Shown here in pieces: positions 48,883 to 62,442 of a DNA stretch of 64,000 bases. Position 1 is the first letter of the stretch, and the number at the start of each line of letters is the position of its first letter. The notes under the pieces are model-generated. The model did no database searches. It worked only from the letters and a program-made list of their open reading frames with translations, and had not been told where the DNA came from. A program made the position numbers and the translations under genes. This DNA comes from Monocercomonoides exilis PA203 (Eukaryota > Protista > Preaxostyla): positions 682,001 through 746,000 of the forward strand of contig LSRY02000020.1 of assembly GCA_001643675.2 (NCBI GenBank). The letters are read 5' to 3'.

Positions 48883-51800
48883 ATGACTGACCTTCTAGAT
48901 TTGTCAGACCACTCAAAAAGTGTGGCTTTTGAATGTCTAACCAAAGCCCAAAATGATAACGAAATAACAGAAGAAATGTTTGAGAATATTTGTTGAACGA
49001 TTAGTAAATATTCCATAACGCTAATTGTAAAAATATATTTTATTAGGCAAACTTTATATGAAAGCAAATATTCGAAATTATTTGATGTAGTTTTGAGAAT
49101 TTATGATAAAGAAACAGTCCTTAAAAAGCGCGCTCAAGTTTTAGCTCAAGAAAAAGATGGATTGGAACATGATATAAGGCATAATGACGAGGTGAAACAA
49201 GAAAATGAACAAAAAATACATGAGCTACAGGAAGATGTTCAGAAATTAACATTAGAACTTGCTGAAACAAAAGAGCAGCACATATCAATTGATATTGAAA
49301 AGAAAGATCTCGAAAATCAGTTAGAGAGTGTATCAAAACAAATTGAAACAACAAAAAGATTAGCTACAGATCAATATATGCCTCATATAAACACAGTTAC
49401 AGCGGAAATTCGGGATCTAGAAGTATGTTTTTCTTCTATAAATTTGAATACTTTATAATTCCTCAGACTTCCATTGAGAAACAGCAACTCGTCTTGCAAA
49501 AACAACTCGCTGAAGCGACTAAAGTCCAGCAAGAAACACAGGATCTTATAGACACAAAAGAAAAAGTTTGCGCTTCTTTTGAATTAATTAGATTTGATTT
49601 TTGTTTCATAGCTCGATGAAGAATTGGTGAAAAAGAAAACAAATTTCACCAAAGCCAAAGGGGAGCCAGAAAGATTAAGGTTTGTTCGATGATGAAATGA
49701 AATTTACTTTTTCAATTGAGTTGTTTCTAATTTGCATAGACATAATGCTGAGCAATATGAGCAAGCTGTAGCTGCTCTTGTAGCAGACAGAGATTCAGCT
49801 AAATACAGACTTTTAGCAAAACAAACAGACGTTAACAAACTTAGACAACAGGAGACGGTTTGATTTTTACTGTTCGTTGAGTATTTTAAAACTATCTATT
49901 TTATTTTATTTTATTTTTTAGCAAAAATTAGATGAAATAAGGCAAAGGGAAAAAGAAGTTGAGAGATTAATTGCCGATGTTGAACAGAAAAAAGCCTCTC
50001 TGGGAATCATTAAAACCGAGATACAAGAATGCAAAGTTTGTTTATTGTTGCTTTTTTCGGAGAAATGACAAGTTTTATTTTTTTTTCCCCCGATATTATT
50101 TCTTCAAACAAATTCATTGATAAAATATAGCACGAAATTGCTCAAGAGCAAATGAACAGGCTTCCATTAGACGAAAGCTTACAGCAAGAACAAGAAGATG
50201 TTTGCTACAACTTATTAACAACAGAAAATTTCAACATATTTTGCATTTGTTCATTTCATAATGACTATCTTAATGCTATCTGCATATAACTGTTAATACT
50301 GATTTCTTTTCAATTCACTTCTTTCATTCTTCTCTTTAACATATTTTGTCTATCACTTTTCTTTTTAAACTTCTTCTCCTTCTTTCTTCTTATCATCAAA
50401 GCTTCGTGTTGTCACTGAAGAGCTGGGCGCGATGCAGCGACAAAGGAACATCGAAGCACAGCGCCTGCAGCTTTCAGAAAAAGAGCAGCAAAAAGCCGAA
50501 ACGACACTGCAGCAAATCAAGGCGACGATCCAGCGCGTCACAAAGGAGCTGCAGCAGGCCAAGCAGGAAGGTGTCAAGATTCAGCAAGCGGTTTGTGGCT
50601 CTCGTTTTGAAAGATGAAAAAATATATCAAATTTTTATTTTTCCGCCCCCCTTGCAAATAAAAACGCATTCTATATATATTCCCTCAATTTCTTTCAAAT
50701 ATCTCCTTTTTTTTCCACCTCCTCTTCTTTAAACCATTCTCCGCTAACACTTTCAGACGTACCAGCGTGAAGACGAGATCTCTGCGAAGCTGAAGCAGAT
50801 CACCGAGGACGACCGGCGGATGATTCTGGGTGACGAGATCGCCGAAGTCGAGTCTGAGGTGAAGCGCGAAGGAGAGGTGCTGACGGGGCTGAAGCGGAAG
50901 CTGATGGACATGCAGCAGGACGCAAACAAGCTGAGGCAGGAGCGTAACCTGCTCATCCGCAAAGTGGCACAGGTGAAAGAAGATGCGCTGAAGGAAGAGG
51001 AGGCGGTGAAGATGGCTGATATCGATATAATGTTCCTGAAGAAGAAAGCAGAGTCGATACAGAAGAAGACGCAGAGCATTATTAAGCAGACGGAAATTGT
51101 GAAGTTGGAGAGAAATAAATACGTGTGCACTTGTTGGATAGACTATTTATCTTTAATATTTGAAATTGATTGAATATTTCTTTTTTCCTTTTATCTCTCA
51201 ATTTAATCTGCTTTGAATATTTTCTTCTTCTTTCTCTCTCCTTTTTTTCTCTTTCTTTCTTTCTAATTTAATTAATTGATTAGATGGGCGCAATACAAGA
51301 AGCAGTGCAGGTTCTGGCAGAATATCGAGAAAAGATCAAAATTCTTGAAAACGAGAAAGAGACACTTCGCAACGAAGACTTCATAAAGCAAAAGAACTTG
51401 ATCGTGTGCAAATTGTTTTTTTTTTATCTATTTTTTTCAATCTGTTATTTTCATTCGATCTCAAAATGAAAAATTATCTTTTTGATGCTTCCTTATTTCT
51501 TGTTTCCTTTTTCTTTCTTTCCAAATGATCCAATAATCTCCCTTCAATCACTTACTGTCAAATTTCCACACACACACATACATACATACAAAAATACATG
51601 CATTCAACCAAACATTCAAACGCACGCACACACACACACACACACACTATCACTATCACTATCACTAACAGGACACCCGGCTGAATGTGCAGTCACAAGT
51701 GAACACGCGAGACACGGAGCTGCGAAAGCTGAACGAGTACATTCAGAAGGACCGGGACATCAAGGCAGTGATCGACCAGCAGATTGGCGAGATGGACAAG

Positions 51801-53608
51801 CTGAACAGCCACGTGAACACGATTGAGGCGGAGATGCTGCGGCTGAAGAAGGAGTTTGAGTACCAGGTGGAGCAGCGGAACTACACAGGCATCCAGCTCA
51901 TCCAGCGGAACGACGAGCTCTGCATCCACTACGAGAAGCTGAATGTGCAGGACACGATTGCGCAGAGGGGTCTATCAGAACTGGCGAAGAGAGAGGAAGA
52001 ATTGAGTACTTTGAAGCTGGAGGCGCAGGAGCTTGTGAGGCAGGTCGCTGCGAGGGAAAAGGAGGTGCCGAAGATCGGGCAGCAGCTGCAGAAGGTGTGA
52101 TGATGTTGATGTTTATATTTTTTGTTTTGTATTTATTTATGCGATTTTATCCTTTTTAATTGTTATTTTCATGTTATTTGGTGCATTTTTATCAATGAAT
52201 CTGAATCTAATCAATCGATAAAACATTGACATTTTAGCTGACTACTCTCCAAGATGAATTAGCAGGCCTTCGAAAAAGAAGCTCAGACTTATCAATCCAA
52301 CTCGGTTTGATTTCCATTCCATTCTCTCTCTTTTTTAGAATTCTTTCACATTTTTGTTCTTCTTTCTTCTTTTGCATATTTTGCGATTTATTGCTTCAAA
52401 TATCTGCTTCTGTAATAATTGACATCTTTCTTTTTCTTTCAATTTTAATTATCTTCTTCAGAGAGCCCTTCAAATACAAAGCGCTGGAGGACTTTGGGAG
52501 GTGAGCTTCCGTCGAAAGAGAAGCTTTTGGAGCAGCTGGCCAAACTCGAAGAAAGATACAATTCAAAGAAGGTTGGAAATTTATTGTTATTTTAATGAAT
52601 TATTTATTTATATTGTATTTGTTAAACATTTCTTTTTTCTGTTACACTTATTCGTCTATCCATTCTTCTTTTCAATTAAAAAAAAAAAAAAACACTTTTA
52701 CAGGAAAAGATTCTTGAGCGTGAGATAGTGATGGACGAGGTGTCTTCCCATTCCGAGCAGCTGTCGAAGACTGCACAGGCATATCACGACTCCGAAGCAG
52801 CCGAAATCTTATCAACGATGAATCAGCTACAGGCGAAGATGCGGAGAGTCAATAGACAGCTACAAGCGGAGCTCAGCGAGCTGGCTATCTGCCAGACAAG
52901 GGCGAAGAAAGCAGAGGAGGAAAGAGATGATTTGGTTTGATGATATGAACTAATTTTTAATGTATTTTAATGTTTTTATTTATTTATCTATCTATCTATC
53001 AATTGTATTTGATTTCTTTTATTTTTTTTATTATTAACCGAAATTTTTGTCAAATGAATTATTTTGCAGGAACTTCGTCTTGAAGATGCTCGTGTGAACT
53101 TGGAGAAAGGCCTTCCTCCGACAGAAGAGGCAGAAAAGAAATGGATGCAGATTGTTCGGATGCGCCAGGAGGAAATGGAGAGAAAGATGACTGAAATGTT
53201 TGAACTTTATCATTTAAATATTTTCACTTGTAATTTTTATATAAATAAATGCTTTTTTTTTTCATTTTTTGTGTATTCGTTTGCCTCTCTCTTTTTTTCT
53301 TTCGCTCTCTCTTTTTTCTTTCTTTCTCTTTCTTTCTCTCTCTTTCTCTCTCTCTTTCTCTCTCTTTCTCTTTCTTTCTTTCTTTCTTTCTCTCTCTCTC
53401 TCTGTTTTTTTTCCTTCACAGTCCCGAGCCGCCTGTGGGTGAAGTGCGTACAACTGCTCCTCCGCGGTACAATGCGTATGTTCCTGATGACGGACTCGGC
53501 CTGCCTGTGCCATACAGTGGCACCTTCCAGCAGTTCAAGCCAACGGAGCCTGGCTCAAATATGCGCTTTTTCAAGAACCCGAAGAAAAAACCGGCAATAC
53601 AGCTATAA
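48883..53608 (+). CDS. CCDC146: Coiled-coil flagellar protein CCDC146/MBO2-like, many exons
   Basis: Long coiled coil; RNYTGIQLIQRNDELCIHYEKLNVQ; C-terminal RTTAPPRYNAYVPDD.GLPVPY..FKPTEPGSNMRFFKNP signature. Confidence 0.82.
51567..51670. repeat. Intronic (CA)n and (CACTAT)n microsatellites
   Basis: cacacacacata..., cacacacacacacacac, then repeated cactat units. Confidence 0.85.
53285..53405. repeat. Intronic (CT)n/(CTTT)n polypyrimidine microsatellite
   Basis: About 120 nt almost entirely C/T, just before the last CCDC146 exon. Confidence 0.85.
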
Positions 53609-54138
53609 ATTCTCTCGTTCTCTTTCTCTTTCTCTCTCTGTCCGTCCGTCTGTCTATCCGTTACTTACTCGTTTTTGTGTTTCTTTCTTTTTTTTTTCTT
53701 CATAAACTTCATTGGATAATCCCACACACGCTCACTTCTGCTCGTTCCCAACATCATCATCTTGCATAACTTCCATTTCATCCAAGCATCCGTTTCATAC
53801 TTTCTCCACTAACTTCATTATTTTCTGCCATTTCACTTTATTTTTTTATCTCTTTATTTTGTTGCGCCTGTGAATTCATCGCATAAAAAAATACTTTGTT
53901 GTTTAATGATATTTTTGAAGAGTCAATCGAAAGAAAGATTAAAAGTTCGATTTTTCATATGAAAACTTTGATTTTTTTTTTCGAAATGTCTGAAACATTT
54001 TCTTAAATTAATTCAAGATATTTTTTAAAGTTCAAATGGTTGTTATGAATTCCAAAGTTTCATCGAACTGAAATAGAAAATAAAAACAGAAAAATAAAAA
54101 GAAATAAAAAGAAAACATTAAAGAAAAAGACAAAGAAA

Positions 54139-54626
54139 CTACGAAGGGTATATTTGAGTACCAGTGAGCGACAGCGATGCAGAGGGAGATGAAGAGGCAG
54201 CATCAGAAGACGCTCTTGTTCCTGTTCTGTTTGGCTCTCTCAGCTTCTTCGAAGGGCGAAACCCGCCACGGGCACTGTTTGTTCTTGATAGATCTGAAGA
54301 TCCTGGTTGTGAGAAAGAAGAAGAAGAAGAGGAAGAGGAAGAATAATTAGTAGAAGAAGAAGAAGAATGGCTTGAAGGAGAAAGAGGACGAGACGGAGAG
54401 GAAGGGCGACGTGATGTGAGAGGTCTTGACAGTGCTGTTGATCTGGTTGAAGGGAAGCTGCTTGAAGAATGTCTTTCAGAGATGGGGTCTTGTGAAAAAG
54501 AAGAAGGAGAATGAGAAGAAGAAGAAGAGGAAGAGGAAGTGAATGAAGTGGAAGAGCGATGGGCTGAACTGAAATGAGGAGAATAGGGATGTGACGATTC
54601 AGAGGAAGACAAAGAAGATGATGATA

Positions 54627-54660
<34 letters not shown>

Positions 54661-57600
54661 AGAAGGAAACAAAGCAGAAAGAAAGTCATCAACCGGCTCA
54701 TCAGCCGTGTTTCTATTCAACGCAGATGAAGAACCCACAGCTGATGTTTGCGTATTGCTTTGAAAAGACTCATTGTTTTGTGACTTTTCAGAGGACAATG
54801 ACTGAATTGTAGGCAGATACGACGTGTGGAACGGGGAATCAGCGCGAGAAGGAGAGGAGAAAGAGGTGCTGATGTCAGAGGGAGAGGCTGACAGAGACGC
54901 TGATGAAGAGAAAGATGAGCTGGCAGAAGAATTCATTCGGGTGTTTTGTGAGGGAGGGGTGATGGCTGAGCCGGGGGAGAAACGGGAAGTTTGCTTGGGA
55001 GAATACAACTTGTGAGGAGTGGCTGGCTGAAATGTGGATGAAGTGGAGAAGGAAGGGGTGGAAGAGGATGGGGTTGGAGTTGATGAAGAAGAAGATGATG
55101 ATGATGATGACGACGATGATGACGTAGATGATGAACCAGAAGGTGAATGAGAAATAAATGAATTGGAGGTTGATGGTTGAGGGCTGGTTCGTGGTTTTGA
55201 TGCTGCTGAGAACAGAGAAGAAGAAGAAGAAGAGGAAGAGGATAAAGAAGAAGAAGAAGAAGAAGGCAAAGTTCTCACAGACGAAGTGGGCTTTTGACCG
55301 AATGTTGATCGAGAAGCAGGAAAAGAAGGCTTTGAACGAGACGGTTCGTTCAGCGAGTGTGTCTGCTCTTCTGCTTCATTTCTGCTTTTTTCTGATTCTC
55401 TTGTGATATTCCTTGGTTCTTTGCCTGTGCTGTATTTTCTCCCTTTCTCTTTCTCTTTCTCACTTTTGTTGCTTAAATATCCAATTTTATTGTTTTTCTT
55501 TTCATCTTCATTATTCTTTTCATAGTTGTTATCATTGTAGATATCTTCTTCATTTTCTGTTTCGTCCTCTTCTTCTTTTGCTTTTTCTGATTTTTCTGTC
55601 TCTTTTTCCTTCTCCTGCTCCTTCAGCAGAGCTCTGATAATTCCAGAAGCAGAAGTCACATCAAAATCAAGGCAAATGTGCGATTCCTTCTTTCCTTCTT
55701 CATCTTCATCTTCTTCTCTTTCACCATTATCAACTCCATCATTGTCATCATCATCATCATCATCATCGCTATCAAACGCACTTTTCTTGCTTTTCTCTTC
55801 TTTACCCAAATACTTCCTCCATTCCTTCTCCTTCCCTTTCTTCTCTGCTACTCCACTGTTTTTCTTCTCCTTCAAACTCTTCTTCCCAATCACTTCTTTC
55901 GAATAGCCATTTCCTCTCCAGCTTCCTCTTTCCGTCTCCAGCATCGCCTTCTCAATCTCCTCAATCTCTTCCCTCTGCCTCGCCATCAGCTCAGACAGCT
56001 CCTTCTTCTCCTCGTCCTTCGCCTTCACCATCGCCCGCAGCGACCCAATCGTTTCATCTTTCTTCTCTATCGCTCGCTTCACATACACCTCCAGCTCATT
56101 CAGCTTCTTCTCGTTCTCCTCACTCAGCTCCTTCAGCGCCTCTTCCTTCGCCTCGTCGGCCTCTTCCACTTTCTTCCTCAGCTCTGCAATGTCTTCCTTG
56201 TACTTCTTGATCTCCTCTTCGTGCTCTGCCTCCAGATCCTTCACTTTCCTCCTCAGCACTTCTGCTTCTGAGCTCAGTGTGAATATCCTCTCGTTCAAAC
56301 TGCTTTCCTTCTTGTCTCCTTCACTCACCACTTTCTCTGTCTCCTCCTTCGCCTCGCTCAGCAGCCTCTGCAGTTCGTCCCTCTCTTTCTCCACCTCCTT
56401 CTGCTTGGCCTCCAGCCGCTCGCTCAGCTCCCTCCACTCCTTCTCCCTCTCGCTGCACGCTTCCACCGCCTGCTCCCCGTCTTTCTTCGCCTGCGCCACT
56501 CTGGCTGCGATCTCGTCCTCCATCGCCCTCTTGTTCTCTCTCTCCTCTTCCTCCATCTTCGCCACCAGCGCTGCGATTTCCTCCTCGTGTTCTTCCTTCC
56601 ACCGCCTTTCGGCCTCAGCCAGCGTCTCCTCCATCTCCTTCTGCAGCGCCTCGATCACACTCGCGTGGATTTCCTCTTTCTCCTCCTTCGACACCAGCCT
56701 CGCCAGCGTCACTTTCTCGTCCCACTCTCTGTTCAGCTGGTCCACCTGCCTCTGGTGATCTTCCTCGGCAATCTTCGCCCGCCGCTCCTCGTCTTCTGCC
56801 CACTTCCGTTTGTCTTCTTCTGCTTCGCGCTTCATCCGCTCAATCGTCTCCTTCATCCGCTGCTCTTCCGCATTGATCTGCGTTTGCCACTTGGCACGCT
56901 CAATTGACAGCTGCGGAGAAGGGAAATTGCATGAGGCATTGAATATTCAATTGAAAAGAGAGAGAGGAAATGATAAAAGAGTATTTATTTAAACATATTA
57001 GTAAATTTATGATCATTCAAATTAAAATTAAGTTTTTTAATGTTATAAAAATGTTTATCAATAAAACTGTATCACAAAGCAACAAACCCTTTCTTCGTAG
57101 TCCTGTCCAAGGTCAATACTCCTTGTCCGCATAGACTCAATCAATTTGTCGAGCTCCTCCTGATTTCGCTTCAGAAGATCTGTTTTGGCCTTCTGTAGCT
57201 CTTCCGCGTGTGCTGCTTCCAGCGCATCCCTCTGCCGTCGGAGCTCTCTTTCATTCGCTTCGTGAAGAGAAGCACAGTCTCTTTTGTGTTTTTCTATCAG
57301 CCCTTCGATTTCTGGTTGCAGCGCACGTGCAGTCATCTCTTTGATTTGCTTTTCCTTTGCTGCTTGCCACTTTTCTCGTTTCGTTTTTTCTTGAACAGCC
57401 ATGATTTCTCGTTGTCTTTGTATCTCAACATCAACTCGATCTTTTTCACGTCTCAACCGTTTTTCTAATTGTTCTTTTTGCTCCTTAAATGACTGTGCCA
57501 ATGATTCGTTTGTTTCAGTTAATTTCTTTTTATCTTCAACAAGTTGCTTCAAGAAAGATAACTGTTTTTCGCTTTCTGAAGCATGTTCTTTTTTTAAGGC

Positions 57601-58114
57601 TTCTATCTCTTTTATAGATTCTCCTCGACTTTAAGTTTTAAATGATATTTTAAAACTCTCTTGTTTTTAAAATTGATATTTATCAAACCATCTCTCCACA
57701 GCGCTTTTTTCTCTTTGTCTTGATATGTCGAGAGCCTGTTTCAGTAAATTAATAGTTTTTTTCTGTTCTTCAATGACACCTTTCATTGAATCCATTTTGA
57801 TTCGAACCTCACTGAAAACTATCAAAATGGTAAAAAAAATTCAATAAATAAATTCTCTCTCAAACCTTTGCTGCCTTGTTCTTCCTGCTTAACATTTGAA
57901 AGATCATTTGTAAATCTATCAGTGGATGATTGACTTAATTGTTGTTTTTCGTCTCGTGGAGTTAACAGTGCATCATCAAATTTTCTACACAAAAAATAAA
58001 AAATATGCTCAAAATACTAAATTTTTTAAAAAAGTACTCTTCAGCAGTATCATCAAGAAAATTCATCAATGATTCGAATCTGTGAGATTTGCGCTTATCG
58101 GAAGAAGCAGCCAT
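54139..58114 (-). CDS. CEP131: Centrosomal/basal-body protein CEP131 (AZI1)-like with long acidic and poly-Ser C-terminal extension
   Basis: KREKWQAAKEKQIKEMTARALQPEIEGLIEKHK and VKRAIEKKDETIGSLR match the conserved CEP131 blocks; start MAASSDKRKSHRFESLMNFLDD at 58114. Confidence 0.8.
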
Positions 58115-58433
58115 TTGTTCTTTAAATAAACGTTAAAAATAATATTATACAACACAATAATTCATTCAAATTTTGTAATTTTCTGATATTCGCTTAATAT
58201 TCAATTCCACTCAATCAAGCTTGCAAAAAAAATGATGTTCAATATCCGAATAAATGCTTGATGATAGTATTTTTTATTATCTTTTTCAATTTTTCATTTT
58301 TTTTTTCAACATTCATCTGTTCATAAATAAAAAATGATTTTTGAACAGTGTGAATATTTTTCATTTTTCAATTGGAAACTATTCAATACGAATTACATCA
58401 TAAGATCAGCAAAACTATTTATTTTCAATTTTC

Positions 58434-59215
58434 ATGACCGCATCTGCTGCTTCATCAGGTAAACCAGAAAAAGTTATTACAATTACACAATCACAACTTT
58501 CTACAATTGTATGCGCAAATATTCATTGAATTATTGGTGACCAATAAACTTTTTATTTTTCAATTTAGAAAACGCAACTTCGCGATGAGATCGAGCAATT
58601 AAGCGAAATGTTGCGATCTTTAAGAACTGCTAATAATAAATTTGTTGATTCAAAGCTTTCTCTAACGTCTATAACATCTGAGACTGCAGGTTTCGAAATA
58701 ACGATTATATTTAAATATTTTACATAGTTTTAAATTTTAAACTGAATTGGATTAAAATGATTTTATTAATTTGTGTGATTTTAATCTTCATTTTAAATCA
58801 TTAGGCGAAAAGGCAATGGTACCAATTACGCAATCACTTTTTGTTCCTGGGACTATTGGAGATAATAAAACTGTGTTATGTGATATAGGTTGCAGAATAT
58901 TCGTAAGAAAAACTGTTCCAGATGCTGTTGAATATTTCAACAGAAAAATAACTTTCCTTCATACGCAAATATCCGCTGTTGAAAAGATTGTTCAACAAAA
59001 AGCTCAAGATTTACAAAGATTGGAAAATCTAAAACTTCAACAAGTCTGAACATTTTTATTTTTATTTTTATAAATTTCTTGTGATATTTCTTTATTATTA
59101 TTTTTTTTTTATTGTTCGTCTTCATATCCAAAAATATATTTATTGATATTTTTTGAATTTTCAATATACTTTTTTTCAATTTTATCAAAAGGTTCCTGCT
59201 GACAAACCTGAATAA
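58434..59215 (+). CDS. PFDN5: Prefoldin subunit 5 (alpha-type, Gim5)
   Basis: KTQLRDEIEQL..LRTANNKF..|GEKAMVPITQSLFVPG..VLCDIG..VRKT..A.EYFNRKI. Stop at 59215 (VPADKPE*) if the last intron is spliced, otherwise 59049. Confidence 0.9.
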
Positions 59216-59503
59216 AAAATCATGAGCGCACTTTGATCAACTAACTAAAAATACACATTGTTTCACCGTATTACACTTCAATTTCATCTAGTATTTTAAT
59301 AATCTCAATTCTTTCTTTATGGATACAATAATCATTACTAAAATACAAAAAAAAATCTTTTTTTGATTTTTTAGTGTTTATTTATTATTTTTATTAATTC
59401 ATCGAACGAAGTGGTTTTTGTGAAAGAATTTTATTGGTTTTTCTGACGTTTGAAAAATAAAATAACGTATATGATCGTTAATCATTAAAACAATTGATAT
59501 TCT

Positions 59504-61522
59504 ATGCCGTTCAAGCAAGATGAATTGGCGATGTCATGTCCAGGTTTTATAATTATTTTTCATAATTATCTTGTCATTGTTGTTTTAGTTGTTTATGGAA
59601 CTGGAGGCTTCCCAATCATCATTTTGCTCTGTTTTTATTTGATAAATTTACTTGTCACAACTAGAGAAATAATATATGTGTTCAGCAAAAGCACTCTCAA
59701 GAAAAATCTTACTAAAAAAGCTTTTTTGTTGCTTATCAGCCTATTTTTGTTCATGAGATGTCTTTGTTTTTTGATTCCTTTTCCGTTCAATCGGTTGGGG
59801 TATCTACTTGTTTGTGATCAATTGCCTCGTATTGGCATATTTTTGGGTTGGCAGCTCCTTGCGCTTTGGCTTGGATCAGCCGTTCTTGCCTCATTTGCAA
59901 AAAATAGAGCTTCAAAAGCTTGGCTTTCCGTTGGATTTATTGTTTTGTTTCTTATTTTGCTTTCTGGATCTATTGTTGTCAGTGTATACTCTCAAGTATG
60001 AAAGAAGTTTCGTTTTTGTTGAATTTTAAAAATATTTTTTTCTATGAATATTAGAAAATTGAAGCGCAAGGGTCTTCTTTCACAAGAGATCGCTTGGTTT
60101 CAATCATCGATTGCGTTAATTACTTTGTTATTCTCATATCAATACTTATTTATTGGGTCAGACTTGTTCAAATTTGTCGAAGAATAAAGGATCAAGTTTC
60201 GTTTCGAACAAGAATCATAGTATTATTGGTGCTGATATTTATAATGTTTGCAATATTTCTGGCAAGATTTTGTTATGTATTGTGCTACACATTCAATGTA
60301 AATGTTGTTCAACAATTAATCGAGAAAGCTGCGTTAAAGGCTGTTTCAGATGAATTGTCTTGGTATGAGGCTGTTGCATTTTGAATTCTTCGATGAATAT
60401 TAATGTTCATGTTGCTTTTTATTTTTTGCAATAATCAAATAAATATTATTTAACGATAGGTCAATATACTACACAATTTACTTATTCTTCTACTTTTTGT
60501 TTGAGATTTCGCCTACAGTGACACTTCTCGTTACCTACTTTCTCCTGTCCGTACACACCATCACAGCGAAGAGGGAGAAGAAGGCACTGCACGAAAAGGC
60601 ATTCCCAATCTCGAAACGTGCAGGCGGAGCCTCGCGTGCTGAGCGAGGCACGCGCAAACAGAGGGACAGGGATAGAGAAAGAGAAAGAGAAAGAGAACAA
60701 GCAAGATTGAGGCAGTCACTAAAATATCGGAAAGAAGAAGGCGATGCTTCTATATATCTTCAGCCTCATCAATATCAGGGCAGAGGCGACATGAAGCCGA
60801 GCAACGGATATGATGGAGGATACGGGGGCGCAGGATATAGCAGAGATAACCCGACCATACAGGAGTGGGACGACCTGCAGCAGGTGGCACAGCCAACACA
60901 AGTATTTTATTACACTGGAAGAGTCCAGTCACAATCTCTGGTGCCTTCACCTACAACCATGGCCTCTAACAGCTTGGCGGCGTCTCCTGTTGCCAGTTCT
61001 TATTCATCAGGCGTGTCTGATGTGTCGTATTCAGCTGCCTATCCATACTCAGCACAGCCTGCATCTCCCAGGCCATCTTCTCCGACAGTCATATCTGGCT
61101 CCTCCTTCTCATCCACCTACTCTACTCATACAAACATGGGGTATCAGTGCCCTGCCCCTTCGCCTCCTTCTCATTCTTCGCGCCCTTCAGACAGATCGCG
61201 CCCACCTGCTTATACACCAGCCCCTCCGCTTTATACACCTGCTGCAATTGGAGGGCGCTATGGGAGATTTTACGGAGATTCGGGGGAAGGAGAAAGGGAT
61301 CGAGACAGACGCAACGAGTACGCACCGGATGCTCTTGTGGGGATCAACAGTGATGATGGGCTAGATCAAATACCAGACACGACATTTCACAAGCATTCAG
61401 GCCAGCGTTCATCCCACTCCCATTCTCACACCCACTCTCACACTCACTCCTCAACATCATCTCGCACTTCAAAGTCTTCTTCACAGCACAAAAATAGAGA
61501 GAAACATCGCTCACGTCATTAG
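59504..61522 (+). CDS. Multi-pass TOM1/GPR137-like membrane protein (paralog B) with Ser/Pro/Tyr-rich tail, 4 exons
   Basis: MPFKQDELAMSCP|..LFMRCLC..DQLPRIGIFLGWQLLALWL..FLLFEISPT, collinear with paralog A. Confidence 0.65.
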
Positions 61523-61654
61523 TCTTTAGATCTGCATTTTTTTATTTACCAAAATCTATTTCGTTTCGTTTCTTTTTTTATTTATTAATTTATTTATGTC
61601 AATTGATCTGTTCATTTCTTGTTATCTTTTAAATTAATTTTAAAAGCGAATATA

Positions 61655-62314
61655 TTAATTCGGAGGATGATGAGGAATTGGTTTTGCTAAAATAATTTGT
61701 TGTGAAGATTCTTCAGCTGAAGTTGTAGTTGAAGATAATGGAGCTCCAATTGAACTGTTATCAGTTGCTTGTGAATAAAATAAAGCTTGATGTTGCTCCA
61801 ATAATTTTGCAAATATTTGAATATCTTTAACTTGCTTTGCGTTGTGAGATGACCATATATTATCCTTTGAGAAAAAATGAAATTATTAAAATTTCGAAGA
61901 AAATGTTCAAACCTGTTGTTTCTTTATAATATCAGAAACTGCACTTGATTTTAAAGCTTCTCGAACTTGTGGATCAAGTAATTTATCTAAGAAAAATAAA
62001 CATTGTGGAAACCTGAAAAAAAGGTGCATCAATTCATAAATTAAAGATCAATCAAACATCAAAAAAGAAATATATTCCGGTCTTTTCCAATATTGTAAAT
62101 ATTCCAGATAACGTATAAAAGCTGGATTTTCAAAAGTCTTTTGTTGAGCTAACCCTGAAATATTTTAAATTACAAAATATAAAAAGAATTGATCTCTTTT
62201 TTAAAAAAGAGTAAATTATCAAATCAAACAAGTTAAATAGTCAGGATTTGCTAGACATTGAACAAAATCCATTTCTGCTTCAAATCTTATTTTGTCTATA
62301 TTAAGCTCTTCCAT
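61655..62314 (-). CDS. MED31: Mediator subunit 31 (Soh1), 4 exons
   Basis: RFEAEMDFVQCLANPDYLT|WLAQQ..F..YLEYLQYWKRPEY..M|FPQCLFFLDKL; ends PIPHHPPN* at 61655. Confidence 0.93.
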
Positions 62315-62442
62315 TTTTGCATTCAAACAAAAAATATAATGGTAATCACAATTACAAAACATGTTAATTGAAAAGACAAATTGAAAAAGAATTATGAAGT
62401 GTTTAACTTTTATATAAACAAAAAATAAAATGTTTACAAAAT

